This document shows, one piece after another, positions 47,183-58,040 of a DNA stretch of 64,000 nucleotides. A program made the translations under genes and the position numbers. Source of the stretch: Vulcanimicrobiota bacterium (GTDB lineage: Bacteria > Vulcanimicrobiota > Vulcanimicrobiia > Vulcanimicrobiales > Vulcanimicrobiaceae). Where the stretch lies: assembly GCA_963714015.1 (NCBI GenBank), contig OY970223.1, forward strand, positions 416,001-480,000, in the 5' to 3' direction. The notes below the pieces were generated by a model. It was not told the origin of the DNA and did not search any database. It saw nothing but the letters and a program-made list of their open reading frames with translations. The number at the start of each line of letters is the position of its first letter. The stretch's first letter is position 1.

Positions 47183-49227
47183 CAGTTGCCGACGAGTTCC
47201 TTCAGCGCGTGCTCGAAGATCTTCGGAGCTTTCCCCTGGAAGAGCAGCGACTCGTTGCCGCCGATTTGTTTTCGAAGCTCGATGAGTTCGTCGCGCAGCG
47301 CGGCGGCCTTTTCGAACTCGAGACTGGCGGCGTACTCCCGCATCTTGCGATCGAGTTCTGCCGCCATCTTCATGGCGACGTCGCGCGGGAGCTTTTCACG
47401 CCGGATATCGCTGCGCGTTTCTTCGTTTGCGCCGACCATCGCGAGAATGTCCCGAACTTCCTTTCGCACGGATCGCGGCTCGATGCCGTGCTCCGTATTG
47501 TAAGCCACCTGGCGTTCACGCCGGCGCCGCGTCTCGCCGATGGCTCGTGCCATCGACTCCGTGACGACGTCGGCATACATGATGACTTTGCCCTCGACGT
47601 TGCGGGCCGCGCGTCCGATAGTCTGAATGAGCGACGTGCCGCTGCGCAGGTACCCTTCCTTGTCGGCGTCGAGAATGCCGACGAGCGATACTTCGGGCAG
47701 ATCGAGTCCTTCACGCAGTAAATTGATGCCCACGAGTACGTCGAATACCCCTAAACGCAAGTCGCGCAGAATCGCCACCCGTTCGAGCGTGTCGACCTCG
47801 CTGTGAAGATAGCGGACGCGGAAGTTCATTTCGATCAGAAAATCGGTGAGATCTTCGGCCATCTTTTTCGTGAGCGTCGTCACCAGTACGCGCTCCTTGC
47901 GCTCGACGCGCAAGCGGATCTCTTCCATCAGGTCGTCCACCTGATTGCGTGTGGGACGTACGTCGACTTCGGGATCCACCAGGCCCGTGGGCCGAATGAT
48001 CATTTCAACGACTTGAGTGCTGTGCGAGGTCTCGTACGTTCCGGGGGTTGCAGAAAGGTAGACGAACTGTTTGACGTGCTCCTCGAACTCTTCGTACGTG
48101 AGCGGACGATTGTCGAGCGCGCTGGGAAGACGGAAGCCGTGCTCCACAAGGGAGAGTTTGCGCGACCGGTCGCCGCCGTACATCGCGTGCACCTGCGGCA
48201 GCGTGGCGTGCGATTCGTCGATGAAGACGAGCCAATCTTCCGGAAAGAAGTCCAGCAGGCACCATGGCGTAGATCCGGGCTCGCGTCCCGTCAGGTGGCG
48301 CGAGTAGTTCTCGATCCCGTTGCAGTATCCGACCTCGCGCAGCATGTCCAGGTCGTATCGCGTGCGCATCTCCAGACGCTGCGCCTCCAGCAACTTGCCG
48401 TTTTCCTTGAAGTAGCGCAAGCGTTCCTCGAGCTCTTGCTCGATCGACTGCACCGCGCGCCGCAGCTTCTCGTCCGGCGTGATGAAGTGCTTGGCGGGAA
48501 AGATCATCAGATCGTCTTTGCTCTCGACGTATTCGCCGGTCATCAGATTGACGACGTTGATCGCGTCGACCGTGTCTCCGAAAAATTCGATGCGGTGAAC
48601 GAGCTCCTCGTCGACGCCCACGAATTCGAGCGTGTCGCCGCGAACGCGGAAAGTGCCGCGGACCAGGTTCAAATCGTTGCGGCGGTACTGCATGTCGACG
48701 AGCTTTCGGAGCAGCGCATCGCGCTCGATCTCGTCGCCGACCGAAATGCGCACCGACATCTCCACATAGTCCGAAGGCGATCCCAAACCGTAGATGCACG
48801 ACACCGACGCGACGATCAGCGTGTCGCGCCGCGTTATCAGCGACTGCGTCGCCGAGTGGCGAAGACGTTCGATCTCGTCATTGATGGAGCTGTCCTTCTC
48901 GATGTAGGTATCGGTGTGCGCGATGTACGCTTCGGGCTGATAATAGTCGAAGTAGGAGACGAAATACTCCACCGCGTTCTCGGGGAAGAACTCGCGGAAT
49001 TCGGCACAGAGCTGCGCTGCGAGCGTCTTATTGTGACACAGAACCAGGGTCGGCTTCTGAACCAGCTCGACCACACGAGCCATTGCCATCGTCTTGCCGC
49101 TGCCGGTGACGCCTAGGAGCGTCTGTGCTCGATCGCCGTTTTTGACGCCCTGTGCCAACGCGGCCGTGGCCTTGGGCTGGTCGCCGGCGAGTTGGAAGGG
49201 GCTGACGAGTTTGAACTTCTGGGCCAT
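47182..49227 (-). CDS. uvrB: Excinuclease ABC subunit B
   Basis: [38 protein letters not shown]. Confidence 0.98.
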   Translation of the reverse strand: MAQKFKLVSPFQLAGDQPKATAALAQGVKNGDRAQTLLGVTGSGKTMAMARVVELVQKPTLVLCHNKTLAAQLCAEFREFFPENAVEYFVSYFDYYQPEAYIAHTDTYIEKDSSINDEIERLRHSATQSLITRRDTLIVASVSCIYGLGSPSDYVEMSVRISVGDEIERDALLRKLVDMQYRRNDLNLVRGTFRVRGDTLEFVGVDEELVHRIEFFGDTVDAINVVNLMTGEYVESKDDLMIFPAKHFITPDEKLRRAVQSIEQELEERLRYFKENGKLLEAQRLEMRTRYDLDMLREVGYCNGIENYSRHLTGREPGSTPWCLLDFFPEDWLVFIDESHATLPQVHAMYGGDRSRKLSLVEHGFRLPSALDNRPLTYEEFEEHVKQFVYLSATPGTYETSHSTQVVEMIIRPTGLVDPEVDVRPTRNQVDDLMEEIRLRVERKERVLVTTLTKKMAEDLTDFLIEMNFRVRYLHSEVDTLERVAILRDLRLGVFDVLVGINLLREGLDLPEVSLVGILDADKEGYLRSGTSLIQTIGRAARNVEGKVIMYADVVTESMARAIGETRRRRERQVAYNTEHGIEPRSVRKEVRDILAMVGANEETRSDIRREKLPRDVAMKMAAELDRKMREYAASLEFEKAAALRDELIELRKQIGGNESLLFQGKAPKIFEHALKELVGN

Positions 49228-49339
49228 CGCTACTCTGACATATCTTCCCGGAGTGGAGTTTCGCGGCTTGAGGGTAGGGTTGAGTCGCCGGGCGCGGGAA
49301 CTTCAAGCACCGCCCTGCCCGCATCCTGGAGACCGCCTT

Positions 49340-50362
49340 TTGAGCCACAACCCGTTGATCTTTAGCGGCAACTCGAACGTACAGTTGGCCGAGGAGATTG
49401 CCAAACGCCTGCGCCTGCACGTAGGAAAAGCGCTCGTTTCGAAATTCAAGAACGAAGAGACGCGGGTTCAGATCCAGGAGAACGTCCGCGGTTCCGAGGT
49501 TTTCGTGGTCCAATCCCTTTGCAAGGCGCTCAACGGGAACTCCGTCAACGATTCGCTGATGGAGATTCTGCTGATGATCGACGCGCTCAAGCGCGCGTCC
49601 GCGGCTCGAATCACCGCCGTCATTCCGTATTACGGCTACGCCAAACAGGACAAGAAGACGACCGGGCGCGAGCCGATCTCCGCAAAGGTCGTCGCCAACA
49701 TGCTGAAGATTTCCGGAGCCAAGCGAATGGTCACCATGGATCTTCACGCGGCGCAGATTCAGGGCTTCTTCGACGGTCCGGTCGACAATTTGATGGCGAT
49801 GCCGACGCTCTGCAACTACCTCAAGAAGGAAGGTCTGCACGAGAACCGCATCGTGGTCGTCTCTCCGGACGCAGGGGGCGTGCATCGAGCCGAACTCTTC
49901 GCCAAGCGGCTGGGGAGCTCGCTCGCGATCGTCTTCAAGCGCCGTCCCGAGCCAGACGTTTCCGAGGTCACCGACATCGTCGGCGACGTTCGGGGCAAGA
50001 TCGCGGTCGTCGTGGACGACATGATCTCCACCGGCGGGACCCTTGCGAAAGCAGCCGAAGCCATTCTCGCGCGTGGCGCGACGGAAGTGCACACTGTCGC
50101 CTCGCACGGCATCTTCGCGGGCGATGCGATCGGGGTGCTCGAAGAGTCTCCGATCCAGAAGGTAATCGTCACGAACACGATTCCGCTCCCGGCACTGAGC
50201 GCGCACCCCAAGTTCGCGCAGCTCTCCATCGCTCAGACCTTCGCCGATGCGATCAATCGCATTACGACCAACCGCTCCGTCTCCGAGCTCTTTACGGACG
50301 ACGGTGAAAAAAAAATGAATGAGACACCGCAACTGATTCCCGAACCAGTCGTGGTCTCGTAA
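49340..50362 (+). CDS. prs: Ribose-phosphate pyrophosphokinase
   Basis: GGAGA RBS + TTG; PYYGYAKQD, DLHAAQIQGFF, VVSPDAGG, DDMISTGGT. Confidence 0.96.
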   Translation: MSHNPLIFSGNSNVQLAEEIAKRLRLHVGKALVSKFKNEETRVQIQENVRGSEVFVVQSLCKALNGNSVNDSLMEILLMIDALKRASAARITAVIPYYGYAKQDKKTTGREPISAKVVANMLKISGAKRMVTMDLHAAQIQGFFDGPVDNLMAMPTLCNYLKKEGLHENRIVVVSPDAGGVHRAELFAKRLGSSLAIVFKRRPEPDVSEVTDIVGDVRGKIAVVVDDMISTGGTLAKAAEAILARGATEVHTVASHGIFAGDAIGVLEESPIQKVIVTNTIPLPALSAHPKFAQLSIAQTFADAINRITTNRSVSELFTDDGEKKMNETPQLIPEPVVVS

Positions 50363-50382
50363 CGCTTCAAAAGGATAGCAAT

Positions 50383-51037
50383 GTGGCACAACAACTTTCA
50401 CTGTCCATCGAACGGCGCCCAGGCCGAGGCACGGCCAAGTCGCACGCGCTTCGCCGCACCGGAAAAGTTCCGGGCGTGGTCTACGGACACGGCTCGAGCG
50501 AGACGATCGCGGTCGAGCGGCGCGCGCTGGATGAGCTTCTGCATCACGGCGGACGGACCGGTCTGGTCGAGCTCCGCTTGGACGGAAAGAAGTTCGACAC
50601 CGCGCTCGTTCGTGAGATTCAGATCGATCCGGTTTCGCGCAAGGCGATCCACGTCGACCTTCAGCGCGTCGGAGCCAACGAAACCGTGCACGCCAAACTG
50701 CCCATCACCACAGCCGGCACTCCCGACGGCGTCCGCAACTTTGCCGGCGTCATGGACGTGATCGTGCACGAGCTCGACGTGGAAGGTCCGGCAAACAAGC
50801 TTCCGGACCATCTCGAGGTCGACGTCACCGAGCTGGGGATTCACGAACACGTTACGGCGGGCGAGGTCAAGCTGCCCGACGGATTCAAACTGCTCACGGC
50901 GCCCGACACGATCGTCGTCACGGTGGAATCCTCTAAGACGGCGCGCGCGCTCGAAGAGGCCGACCTGGGTGCTTCGATCGAGCAGACGCAGCCCGAACTC
51001 GTCGGCAAACCGGAGAGTGAAGGAGCTGCAGGAATAA
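50383..51037 (+). CDS. rplY: 50S ribosomal protein L25/Ctc (reads through into pth in this assembly)
   Basis: LRRTGKVPGVVYG, IQIDPV, HVDLQ, LPDHLEVDV; out-of-frame TAA at 51035-51037. Confidence 0.92.
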
Positions 51038-51039
51038 GG

Positions 51040-51615
51040 CTTCTCACCCCGCCAGAAACCCGCATCGTCGCGGGATTGGGCAACCCCGGCAAAGAGTACG
51101 AACGCACGCGCCACAACGTCGGCTTTCTGGCAGTCGACGAGGTGGCGCAACGTTTGTCCGTCGGTTCGTGGAAAGCGAAGGACGGCGCGCGCCAAGCCTA
51201 CGACTCGCAGCGCAAACTGGTACTCGTCGAGCCCCAGACCTACATGAACAACAGCGGCGTACCGCTTCGGCTCATCGCTTCGTGGTATCGCACGCCGCCG
51301 GAGTCGGTGCTGGTGGTGTACGACGACATGGATCTACCATTCGGCAAAGTGCGTATGCGGCCGTTCGGCGGACACGGCGGCCATAATGGTATGCGTTCCA
51401 TTATTGCAACGATGACGGACCGGTTTCCGCGCATTCGAATCGGTTTGGGCCGTCCGCAGAACGATGGGATCGATCACGTGCTCGGAACCTTTTCCGCCGA
51501 AGAGCGCCTGTTGCTGCCGAAGATCCTCGACATTGCGGCGCAGGGCGTGCTGACCTGGCTCGATGATGGAACCGACGCGGCAATGCGTCTCATCAATACG
51601 TCAGAGATCGCGTAA
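51040..51615 (+). CDS. pth: Peptidyl-tRNA hydrolase
   Basis: GLGNPG, TRHNVGF, PQTYMNNSG, DDMDL, GGHNG. Confidence 0.95.
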   Translation, partial: LLTPPETRIVAGLGNPGKEYERTRHNVGFLAVDEVAQRLSVGSWKAKDGARQAYDSQRKLVLVEPQTYMNNSGVPLRLIASWYRTPPESVLVVYDDMDLPFGKVRMRPFGGHGGHNGMRSIIATMTDRFPRIRIGLGRPQNDGIDHVLGTFSAEERLLLPKILDIAAQGVLTWLDDGTDAAMRLINTSEIA

Positions 51616-52446
51616 AGCAAAGCTGCGCATCGCGACGGCGTAGACCGCGACGATCCAGCCAATCGTCCACAGTACGGTTGCAAGCGGCGGCGGCGAGGTT
51701 ACGAAGAAGGGCCCGGGCCACCCATGGCCGGCGGCGGTGGCCAGTACGGCCGCCGGTTCCAGACGAAACACGGCTTCGCGCCACATCGCGTCGGTCGGCA
51801 GCACCAGCTGCGAGACGATGCCCGCGTTCTTCATCGCCTCATTTCCGAAAAAAGCCCCCAAACTGCCCGCTATTCCTGCAATCCACGCCAGACCGAACAG
51901 CACGATCGCGATGACACTGGACGCGATAGCCGATAGCCGCGTCGATAGCGCGAACGCAAGAACGAGCATCGCCAGCGACAGCAGACACAGATACGCAACG
52001 GCGGCGTATGGATGCGGGGGAAGGTACCCGGTTACGGCGCGGACGATCGCGAACTCCGCCGCCCCCGAAAATGCAGCATATGCGCAGATGATAAAGCCGA
52101 GCGCGAGAATCTTTCCGCTCATCAACGCCGCTCGCGAGATCGGGCGTGTCAGAACCGGGAGCAGAACGCCGCTCTCCACGTCGTTCGCCACGCTGGGCGC
52201 CGCGATAAAGACGCCGACTACGGCCAGCACGAAACTGAACATATAAGCAATGAGAATCAGCATAATTGCGGAGATTGCCAATACCTGAACGCGCCCGATG
52301 GGAGCGCCGCTGCGGTCGTGGGCCCAGACCAAATGCGAAAAGCCCCATGCGGTGAGCCCGGCGACAACCAAAGTCAAAACGATCGCTGCCGTGATGAAGC
52401 GCCGCCGCAATAGTTCCCGCAGGGTGAGTAAACCTACGTCGATCAT
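51601..52446 (-). CDS. ABC-2 type permease
   Basis: Multiple TMs, DVESG...LTRPISR...GK motif. Confidence 0.85.
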   Translation of the reverse strand: MIDVGLLTLRELLRRRFITAAIVLTLVVAGLTAWGFSHLVWAHDRSGAPIGRVQVLAISAIMLILIAYMFSFVLAVVGVFIAAPSVANDVESGVLLPVLTRPISRAALMSGKILALGFIICAYAAFSGAAEFAIVRAVTGYLPPHPYAAVAYLCLLSLAMLVLAFALSTRLSAIASSVIAIVLFGLAWIAGIAGSLGAFFGNEAMKNAGIVSQLVLPTDAMWREAVFRLEPAAVLATAAGHGWPGPFFVTSPPPLATVLWTIGWIVAVYAVAMRSFALRDL

Positions 52447-53366
52447 GCTTGCGCGCCTCCCGCTATCTGCAGGAAACGCTCCTCCAGACTGGCTGCCAGC
52501 GGCTCGACGGCAAAAACGCGCGCATCTACGGCGACGAGCGCCTGCACCAGATCGGGAACGCGATCGCGCGCGAGGCCTGTGACGACGAATGCATCCGTGT
52601 GGCGCGAGACTGCGCCGAATCGTTGGAGCACCGGCTCCAGCGGCGTCCCGTTCGCAGCGGCGCGCACGCGAACGGCACTCTGAACGCCGACGATCTCCGC
52701 AATGGTGCCTTCCGCGACGACGCTGCCTTGCGAAACGATTGCTATCCGATCGCACACCTGCTCCACCTCCGTCAGCAGATGCGAGTTCAAGAAGACCGAC
52801 GTTCCGTTTGCTTTGAGAGAACGAAGAATCTCGCGGACGTCATGGCGGCCAATCGGATCCAGTGCCGAAGTCGGTTCGTCCAGCATGACCAGCGCCGGAT
52901 CGCCCAGCAGCGCCACGCCGAGCCCCAATCGCTGCTGCATTCCCTTCGAATATGTCCCGACGCGATCGCCGGAGCGCCCGGATAGTCCAATCAACTCCAG
53001 AACCCGATCGATCGCCGCCTGATGATGGCGGCCGCCGGCCCTTCCAGGCAATGCTAACCTCGCATGAAAACGCAAAACTTCGCGAGCCGTCAGCCAATCC
53101 GGATATCGGAAAAGCTCCGGCAGGTAGCCGAGTCTTTTTCGCGCGGCGCGGTCGCCCAAGCGCGCGCCGAGCACGGTTCCTTCGCCCGCCGTGGGCCGCA
53201 CCAGGCCTACGAGCATCTTCACGGACGTCGTTTTGCCGGCGCCGTTCGGGCCGAGGAATCCGAATATCTCGCCGGGCTTGACCGTTAGATTTAGACGCGC
53301 GACCGCAGTCACGTTGCCGTACGTCTTGGCTAGACCTCGAACGTCAATGGGATTAGCGTAAGTCAT
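52443..53366 (-). CDS. ABC transporter ATP-binding protein
   Basis: GPNGAGKTT, YSKGMQQR, LDEPT, SH. Confidence 0.95.
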   Translation of the reverse strand: MTYANPIDVRGLAKTYGNVTAVARLNLTVKPGEIFGFLGPNGAGKTTSVKMLVGLVRPTAGEGTVLGARLGDRAARKRLGYLPELFRYPDWLTAREVLRFHARLALPGRAGGRHHQAAIDRVLELIGLSGRSGDRVGTYSKGMQQRLGLGVALLGDPALVMLDEPTSALDPIGRHDVREILRSLKANGTSVFLNSHLLTEVEQVCDRIAIVSQGSVVAEGTIAEIVGVQSAVRVRAAANGTPLEPVLQRFGAVSRHTDAFVVTGLARDRVPDLVQALVAVDARVFAVEPLAASLEERFLQIAGGAQA

Positions 53367-54414
53367 TAGCGACGGCCAGCACCTGATCCATCGTCAGTGC
53401 GCCGCCGAGCACGCCGTAGACCAACCCGTTCTTCTCCCAAACGACACCGGCGCCCAAGCCCGTGTTGTCGCCAATCGCCAGGCCCCGGACGCCGTCCACG
53501 GCAACCTGCTGTGCGTTCTGTTTTGAAATGTTCACCGGCACGGGCATCTGATTCTGCAGGTCGCCGAGCGCCCGAATCTGCTGCGCCAAATCGGCTGAGA
53601 TTCCGGGCATTGCCAGCATGTAGCGTTCCAACTGCTGAAACGATGCGCCCTTGGACGAGACCGTCGGAATCTGCAGCTGGACCACGGTCAGTCCGGCTTT
53701 CGGTTCATCCGAATCGCCGCCGATCTTCGAAACACCGTAATTCGCGCCGAACATTTCGCCGATGCGCACCGTCACAGTCGTGCCGTTCAGGCCAGGCGGC
53801 ATCGGCGGGAGCCTGCGGCGGGACTTCGCCTCGAAAGACGCAGCTTTCGCAGCGCTGAACGTATATTGATACACCGCGGGCGATCCGACGATGAACGATC
53901 GCCGGCGTCCGATCTCCGAAGGAATCTTCTGCGGAAGACGGGGCGTAAAGATCATTTGCGCTCGCGCAGCCGCAACACTGGAGAAGGGCCTCATGCGCTG
54001 ACGCCGGATCACGCGCATGGTGCCGAGCTCGCCGGCTTGAGGAGAAACGCGCAACTGCCGCAGATCGGCGCTCGTGACGTTGATAGGGACGAATTCCTTT
54101 GGCTGGAAAATCGTTAGAAATGCGCTGGCGTAACCGCCGAGCGGCGTAAAGATGAAGCCGCAAATGAGGATTGCCGCCGCGGCTGCCGCGGCGATCGAAC
54201 GATAAATGGGCCGGTCCTGCCATTTGCTCCGCCTTGCAGTCAGGTGGACCTCCCCTTGCAGCATCCGCCGTGCAAAAGCCGCATTCGACTGCAGTTCGCC
54301 GGTCAGCGCGCTGCAGCGATCGCACGCGCGCGCATGCGCCTGCGCATCCGGCGTAAGCGATTCGGGCTCGTCGATCCAGCGGCGCAGGTCGCCTTCAGTC
54401 AAATGTTCCACCAT
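53353..54414 (-). CDS. Zinc-finger anti-sigma factor (ZAS) membrane protein
   Basis: HARACDRC (Hx3Cx2C), single TM, overlaps the ECF sigma gene. Confidence 0.75.
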   Translation of the reverse strand: MVEHLTEGDLRRWIDEPESLTPDAQAHARACDRCSALTGELQSNAAFARRMLQGEVHLTARRSKWQDRPIYRSIAAAAAAAILICGFIFTPLGGYASAFLTIFQPKEFVPINVTSADLRQLRVSPQAGELGTMRVIRRQRMRPFSSVAAARAQMIFTPRLPQKIPSEIGRRRSFIVGSPAVYQYTFSAAKAASFEAKSRRRLPPMPPGLNGTTVTVRIGEMFGANYGVSKIGGDSDEPKAGLTVVQLQIPTVSSKGASFQQLERYMLAMPGISADLAQQIRALGDLQNQMPVPVNISKQNAQQVAVDGVRGLAIGDNTGLGAGVVWEKNGLVYGVLGGALTMDQVLAVANDLR

Positions 54415-54928
54415 CGATCTCCTTTTTGAGCGCGCGTTCCGCGCGAGCCAGCCGCGTGCCGATCTGCGCGTGATCCACCCCGAGCACATCGCCGATCTCC
54501 CGGTACGAGAATCCGCTGTAGCGCAGTGCGAGGATCTCGGCGTCCCGATTGCTCAATCGCGCCAGGGCCGTCCGCAGCATCGCGCGGTAAACTCGCGATT
54601 CGATCACGTGCTGGGGATCGTTCGAGGCCTCCGCGTAGCCGCGCAGCGATTGCGAAAGCCTGAATTCACGGCGTTCGCGAACGGTCCGGCGCCGGCGGCT
54701 GCGTATCGCGTTGAGCGCCGTATGGACGACCGCCGTGTAAATCCAAGCGCGAGACCACTTGCGCGGAAAGGCCGCGCACTGGGCGAAGACCTCTTGCGCA
54801 ACGTCCTCGGCTTCCGCAGCATCGCGCGTTATCCGGAACGCCACGGATACGGCTCTGCCGTACTCGCGCGCGAAAAAACGCTCGAACGCTTCGTCGGGCC
54901 CGTCCGGAACCGCCGCTACAGCCACCAT
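54395..54928 (-). CDS. ECF RNA polymerase sigma factor
   Basis: AEDVAQEVF, LRYSGFSYREIG, GTRLARA. Confidence 0.92.
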   Translation of the reverse strand: MVAVAAVPDGPDEAFERFFAREYGRAVSVAFRITRDAAEAEDVAQEVFAQCAAFPRKWSRAWIYTAVVHTALNAIRSRRRRTVRERREFRLSQSLRGYAEASNDPQHVIESRVYRAMLRTALARLSNRDAEILALRYSGFSYREIGDVLGVDHAQIGTRLARAERALKKEIDGGTFD

Positions 54929-55023
54929 GCTCGTTATAGCACTGCGCCGGACGTTTTTGTAACGAGGAGCGTTATCTTTGGGCATATATGGTCGATAAAG
55001 TAAGAACGACGGAGGCCGTTTGA

Positions 55024-55702
55024 ATGCAAGGATTCGCCGGAAAGGCATTCGTGGTACGCGTCGACGAGGCAACCGCCTTCGCCGAGCAGACCACGCTGGT
55101 CGATGACCTGACCTACCTGGCCCGGCGCAACGTCCATCCGATCGTCGTGGCCCCCTCCCGCCGCGCGAGCCGGTCCCTCGTGCGCACGATCAACCGCAGC
55201 GGCAACATGGCCGTGGGACTTTCCGGAGCGGACGCGGCAATGCTTCCCGGAACCGGCAACGGGATCGGTAACGTGCAGATCGGTATTCTTCAAACCCTCA
55301 CCGGAGCCGGATACATTCCGGTGATCGAACCCACGGCGTTCTCCGCGTTCGGCGAACACGACCGAGCCGTGGCGGCGGATGAAGTCGCTCGCGCCGTCGC
55401 CGCTGCTACGGATGCGGTACGCGCGATGTTTTTTCACGCGCTCGGCGGCGTCGTCGACCCGCAGAGCGAAGCCGTGATCAGCGAATTGACGCCGGCCGAA
55501 GCGCTGGCGATCGCGGACGATCCCCGCGTGCCGCGCGATCTGCGTGCGGCGATACGGGCGGCTGCGTTAGGCGTGCGCGCGGGCGTCCAGAGCGCACAGA
55601 TCGTCGACGGCAGAATCAGCTCACGCGACGGTGGTCGAACTTCTGACGGCGCACCATCTGGGCACCAGAGTGACCGGCAGCGTCTTTACCGGTGCCGCGT
55701 AG
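55024..55702 (+). CDS. Acetylglutamate-kinase-like (AAK fold) protein, degenerate; indel at ~55620
   Basis: AVGLSGADA, GYIPVI, ADEVA..VA, AQIVDGR, alternative frame HATVVELLT...GT. Confidence 0.7.
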
Positions 55703-56903
55703 CGCAGTAGTCGGGCAGGTTTTGAAGTACCGCTACCCGTTCGCCTACTGAGGGCCGAGCGCCCAAATACCAATTCGCGAGCATCCGCGGACAGATTGTC
55801 TGAAGGTCTTGGTCGGCGTCGCGGATCTGCGATCGTACGGCCGCGACCCGATCGCCCGTAACGGCGACGGCCGCTCCGTCCGTGACTATCTCGGAGCGGC
55901 GCACGTAGCCGTTGTAAAACGGCAATGCGACTAAATAGACGATGCCGATTACCGCACCGAGCAGCGCGAGCCGCGAGACGGGATCGTCGTCGCGGCGGAA
56001 TCCGATGCGATCCGCGATCAGCACCGAGATCGCCACGCCGACTACCAAAAAAGCGCTCTGCACCAGCGCCGTCTGAAGTCCCAGATTCTCGTCGATCCAT
56101 GCCAGCGATCGGGTGATGAAAAAGTGCAGTTCGGGTGCCGTCGATCCGGCCACGATCGTGTCGGGCAGAACGATGCGCTGAGTGTTTCCCCAGCCCATGA
56201 CGTAAGGGGCGCCGGCGCGCGTTCGTTGCGAGACGTGTTCTTCGAGCATCGGAACGGGCACGCGGCTTGCCGTGTATGGCGTATAGCTGGACGTAAGGGG
56301 AGCAATAACGAACGGCGTCACGTACGCAACGAGCAACGTGAACCCGAAGACCGCTCCAATGGTGTAGAGATACCATTGGTGCGTGCGGTCCGCCATCCAC
56401 AGCACGACGGCAGCGGTGATTCCGATCACAATCGTCGTTACGACGGTCCCCACGATCCAATGACCCAGCCACGTGCGAAACAGCAGCTCGTTCAGATCCA
56501 TCAGGCGAAGAAAACGGTACTGAACCGCCTGCGGAATGAGCGCCGCGGCTTTGTCGATGAGCGCCAGCGCCGCACCAAAGCAGAATCGAACGCCGAATTC
56601 CCAGCCGATGCGCCGGCGGAGCCAATCGCGCAACTGAGCGGACTGACCCGAGGCCCAAAATCGCGCAAGTACCAAAATCTGCGCCGCAATCGTCACCAGC
56701 CACACCGGCACGCGAAAACTCTCGAGACGTCCGGCCGCAGCCTCGCGCGCCCGGTCGATGAGCGCGGCGGGCGCCGCGGTCAGCAGCGCATGTGCGGAAA
56801 GAGCGTTGACCTGAACGTCTAAGGCATTGGGGCGTCCTAATACGACCGCGAGCAAGTCGACCACGCAAGCCTTGTTTACGGCGCTCCAGCGGAACTCCCG
56901 CAC
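55686..56903 (-). CDS. M48/Ste24-like membrane protein lacking HExxH
   Basis: Multi-TM, PFVIAPL, AYVMGWG-like YVMGWGNTQRIVLPDT, RRSE..D, RPSVGERV; start uncertain. Confidence 0.7.
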   Translation of the reverse strand: MREFRWSAVNKACVVDLLAVVLGRPNALDVQVNALSAHALLTAAPAALIDRAREAAAGRLESFRVPVWLVTIAAQILVLARFWASGQSAQLRDWLRRRIGWEFGVRFCFGAALALIDKAAALIPQAVQYRFLRLMDLNELLFRTWLGHWIVGTVVTTIVIGITAAVVLWMADRTHQWYLYTIGAVFGFTLLVAYVTPFVIAPLTSSYTPYTASRVPVPMLEEHVSQRTRAGAPYVMGWGNTQRIVLPDTIVAGSTAPELHFFITRSLAWIDENLGLQTALVQSAFLVVGVAISVLIADRIGFRRDDDPVSRLALLGAVIGIVYLVALPFYNGYVRRSEIVTDGAAVAVTGDRVAAVRSQIRDADQDLQTICPRMLANWYLGARPSVGERVAVLQNLPDYCATRHR

Positions 56904-56914
56904 CGCGCGATTTT

Positions 56915-58031
56915 CTACTGCGCTGAGTCGTCGTACACCGCGAAGCCACCGCCGCAAGCCGGAAATGAAACCCTGTCGCGCCCCGACCTTTTGCTGTGAT
57001 ACATCGCGGCATCGGCGACTTCGAGCAATTCATTCGCCGTGAGGGCGTCGCTCGGATACGCCGCAATTCCGACGCTCGCGCTGATCGGCAGATCGACGCC
57101 GAAGTCGAAAGTGCGGACCGCTCGGCAAAAGCGCTGCGCGCGTTCGATACAGGCGATTTTCTGCACGTTGTGCAGGATCGCGCAGAATTCATCTCCGCCG
57201 TTGCGCGCGGCGATGTCGATCGCGGGAATCGCATGCAGCCGAAGGAGCGCCGCCATACGTTGAAGCACCATGTCGCCGGCGGCGTGACCGTACGTGTCGT
57301 TGACGCGCTTGAAGTGATCGGTGTCCACGAACCATAACGCCAGGGCGACGTTTCCGCTGATCCGTGCTGCGGCGATCTCTTCCTGCAGTTTGTCTCGAAA
57401 GGCACGGGGCGTATACAGTCCGGTCAGCGCGTCGTAGGTCGCGTTTGCCCGATCGGATTCCCGCTCGGCTGCAAGTGCATACGGGGCGGCTGCTTGTGCG
57501 ACGGTGCTGACGACCGAATCGGCGTTTCGAAACTCGTCCGCAGCGGAAGACACGTAGACTACGGCGGATAACCGATCTCCGCAGGACATGGGAATGGCCA
57601 AAGCGGCGCGGTCGGTGGGAATCAACGGTCTGCCTTCTGCAACCAGTTCTACGCGATGCCCGCAGATTGCAGCACGGGACGGCAGTGCCGCCGCGTCGTC
57701 CCTGCGCAAGCGCAACGTTGCAAAATGTTCGCTGCGCGGGCCGGCTGCATGCACGCAGCGCAGACTCTTCGGCCTCGGGAGCAAACACCAGCACCGCGTC
57801 GATTGACGGATCGAGCACCTTGAGCGTGCGTTCGAGCGCCGTAAGCACGGCCTTAGTCGAATCGCGCGAGGCCGCGGTGACGACACGCACCGCTTCAAGC
57901 AATTGCGACTGCCGGCGGGATGCGTCGTCCAGCGCGCCGCGGGAAGCCTCGGCTTGGCGCTTCATCGTCGCGGCGTAGGCGCCGAAGCACAAACAGAGAA
58001 CCGCCAGGAAAGCCAGACCGGCCGCGTACAC
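56915..58031 (-). CDS. GAF-GGDEF diguanylate cyclase (frameshift at ~57760)
   Basis: DALTGL, DTDHFKRVNDTYGHAAGD, ARNGGDEF. Confidence 0.9.
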
Positions 58032-58040
58032 AGGAGGTAA

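Noticed and set aside
55621..57405. 594-aa minus-strand ORF
   Set aside because: Arg/Ser-rich alternative frame overlapping the GGDEF and M48-like genes
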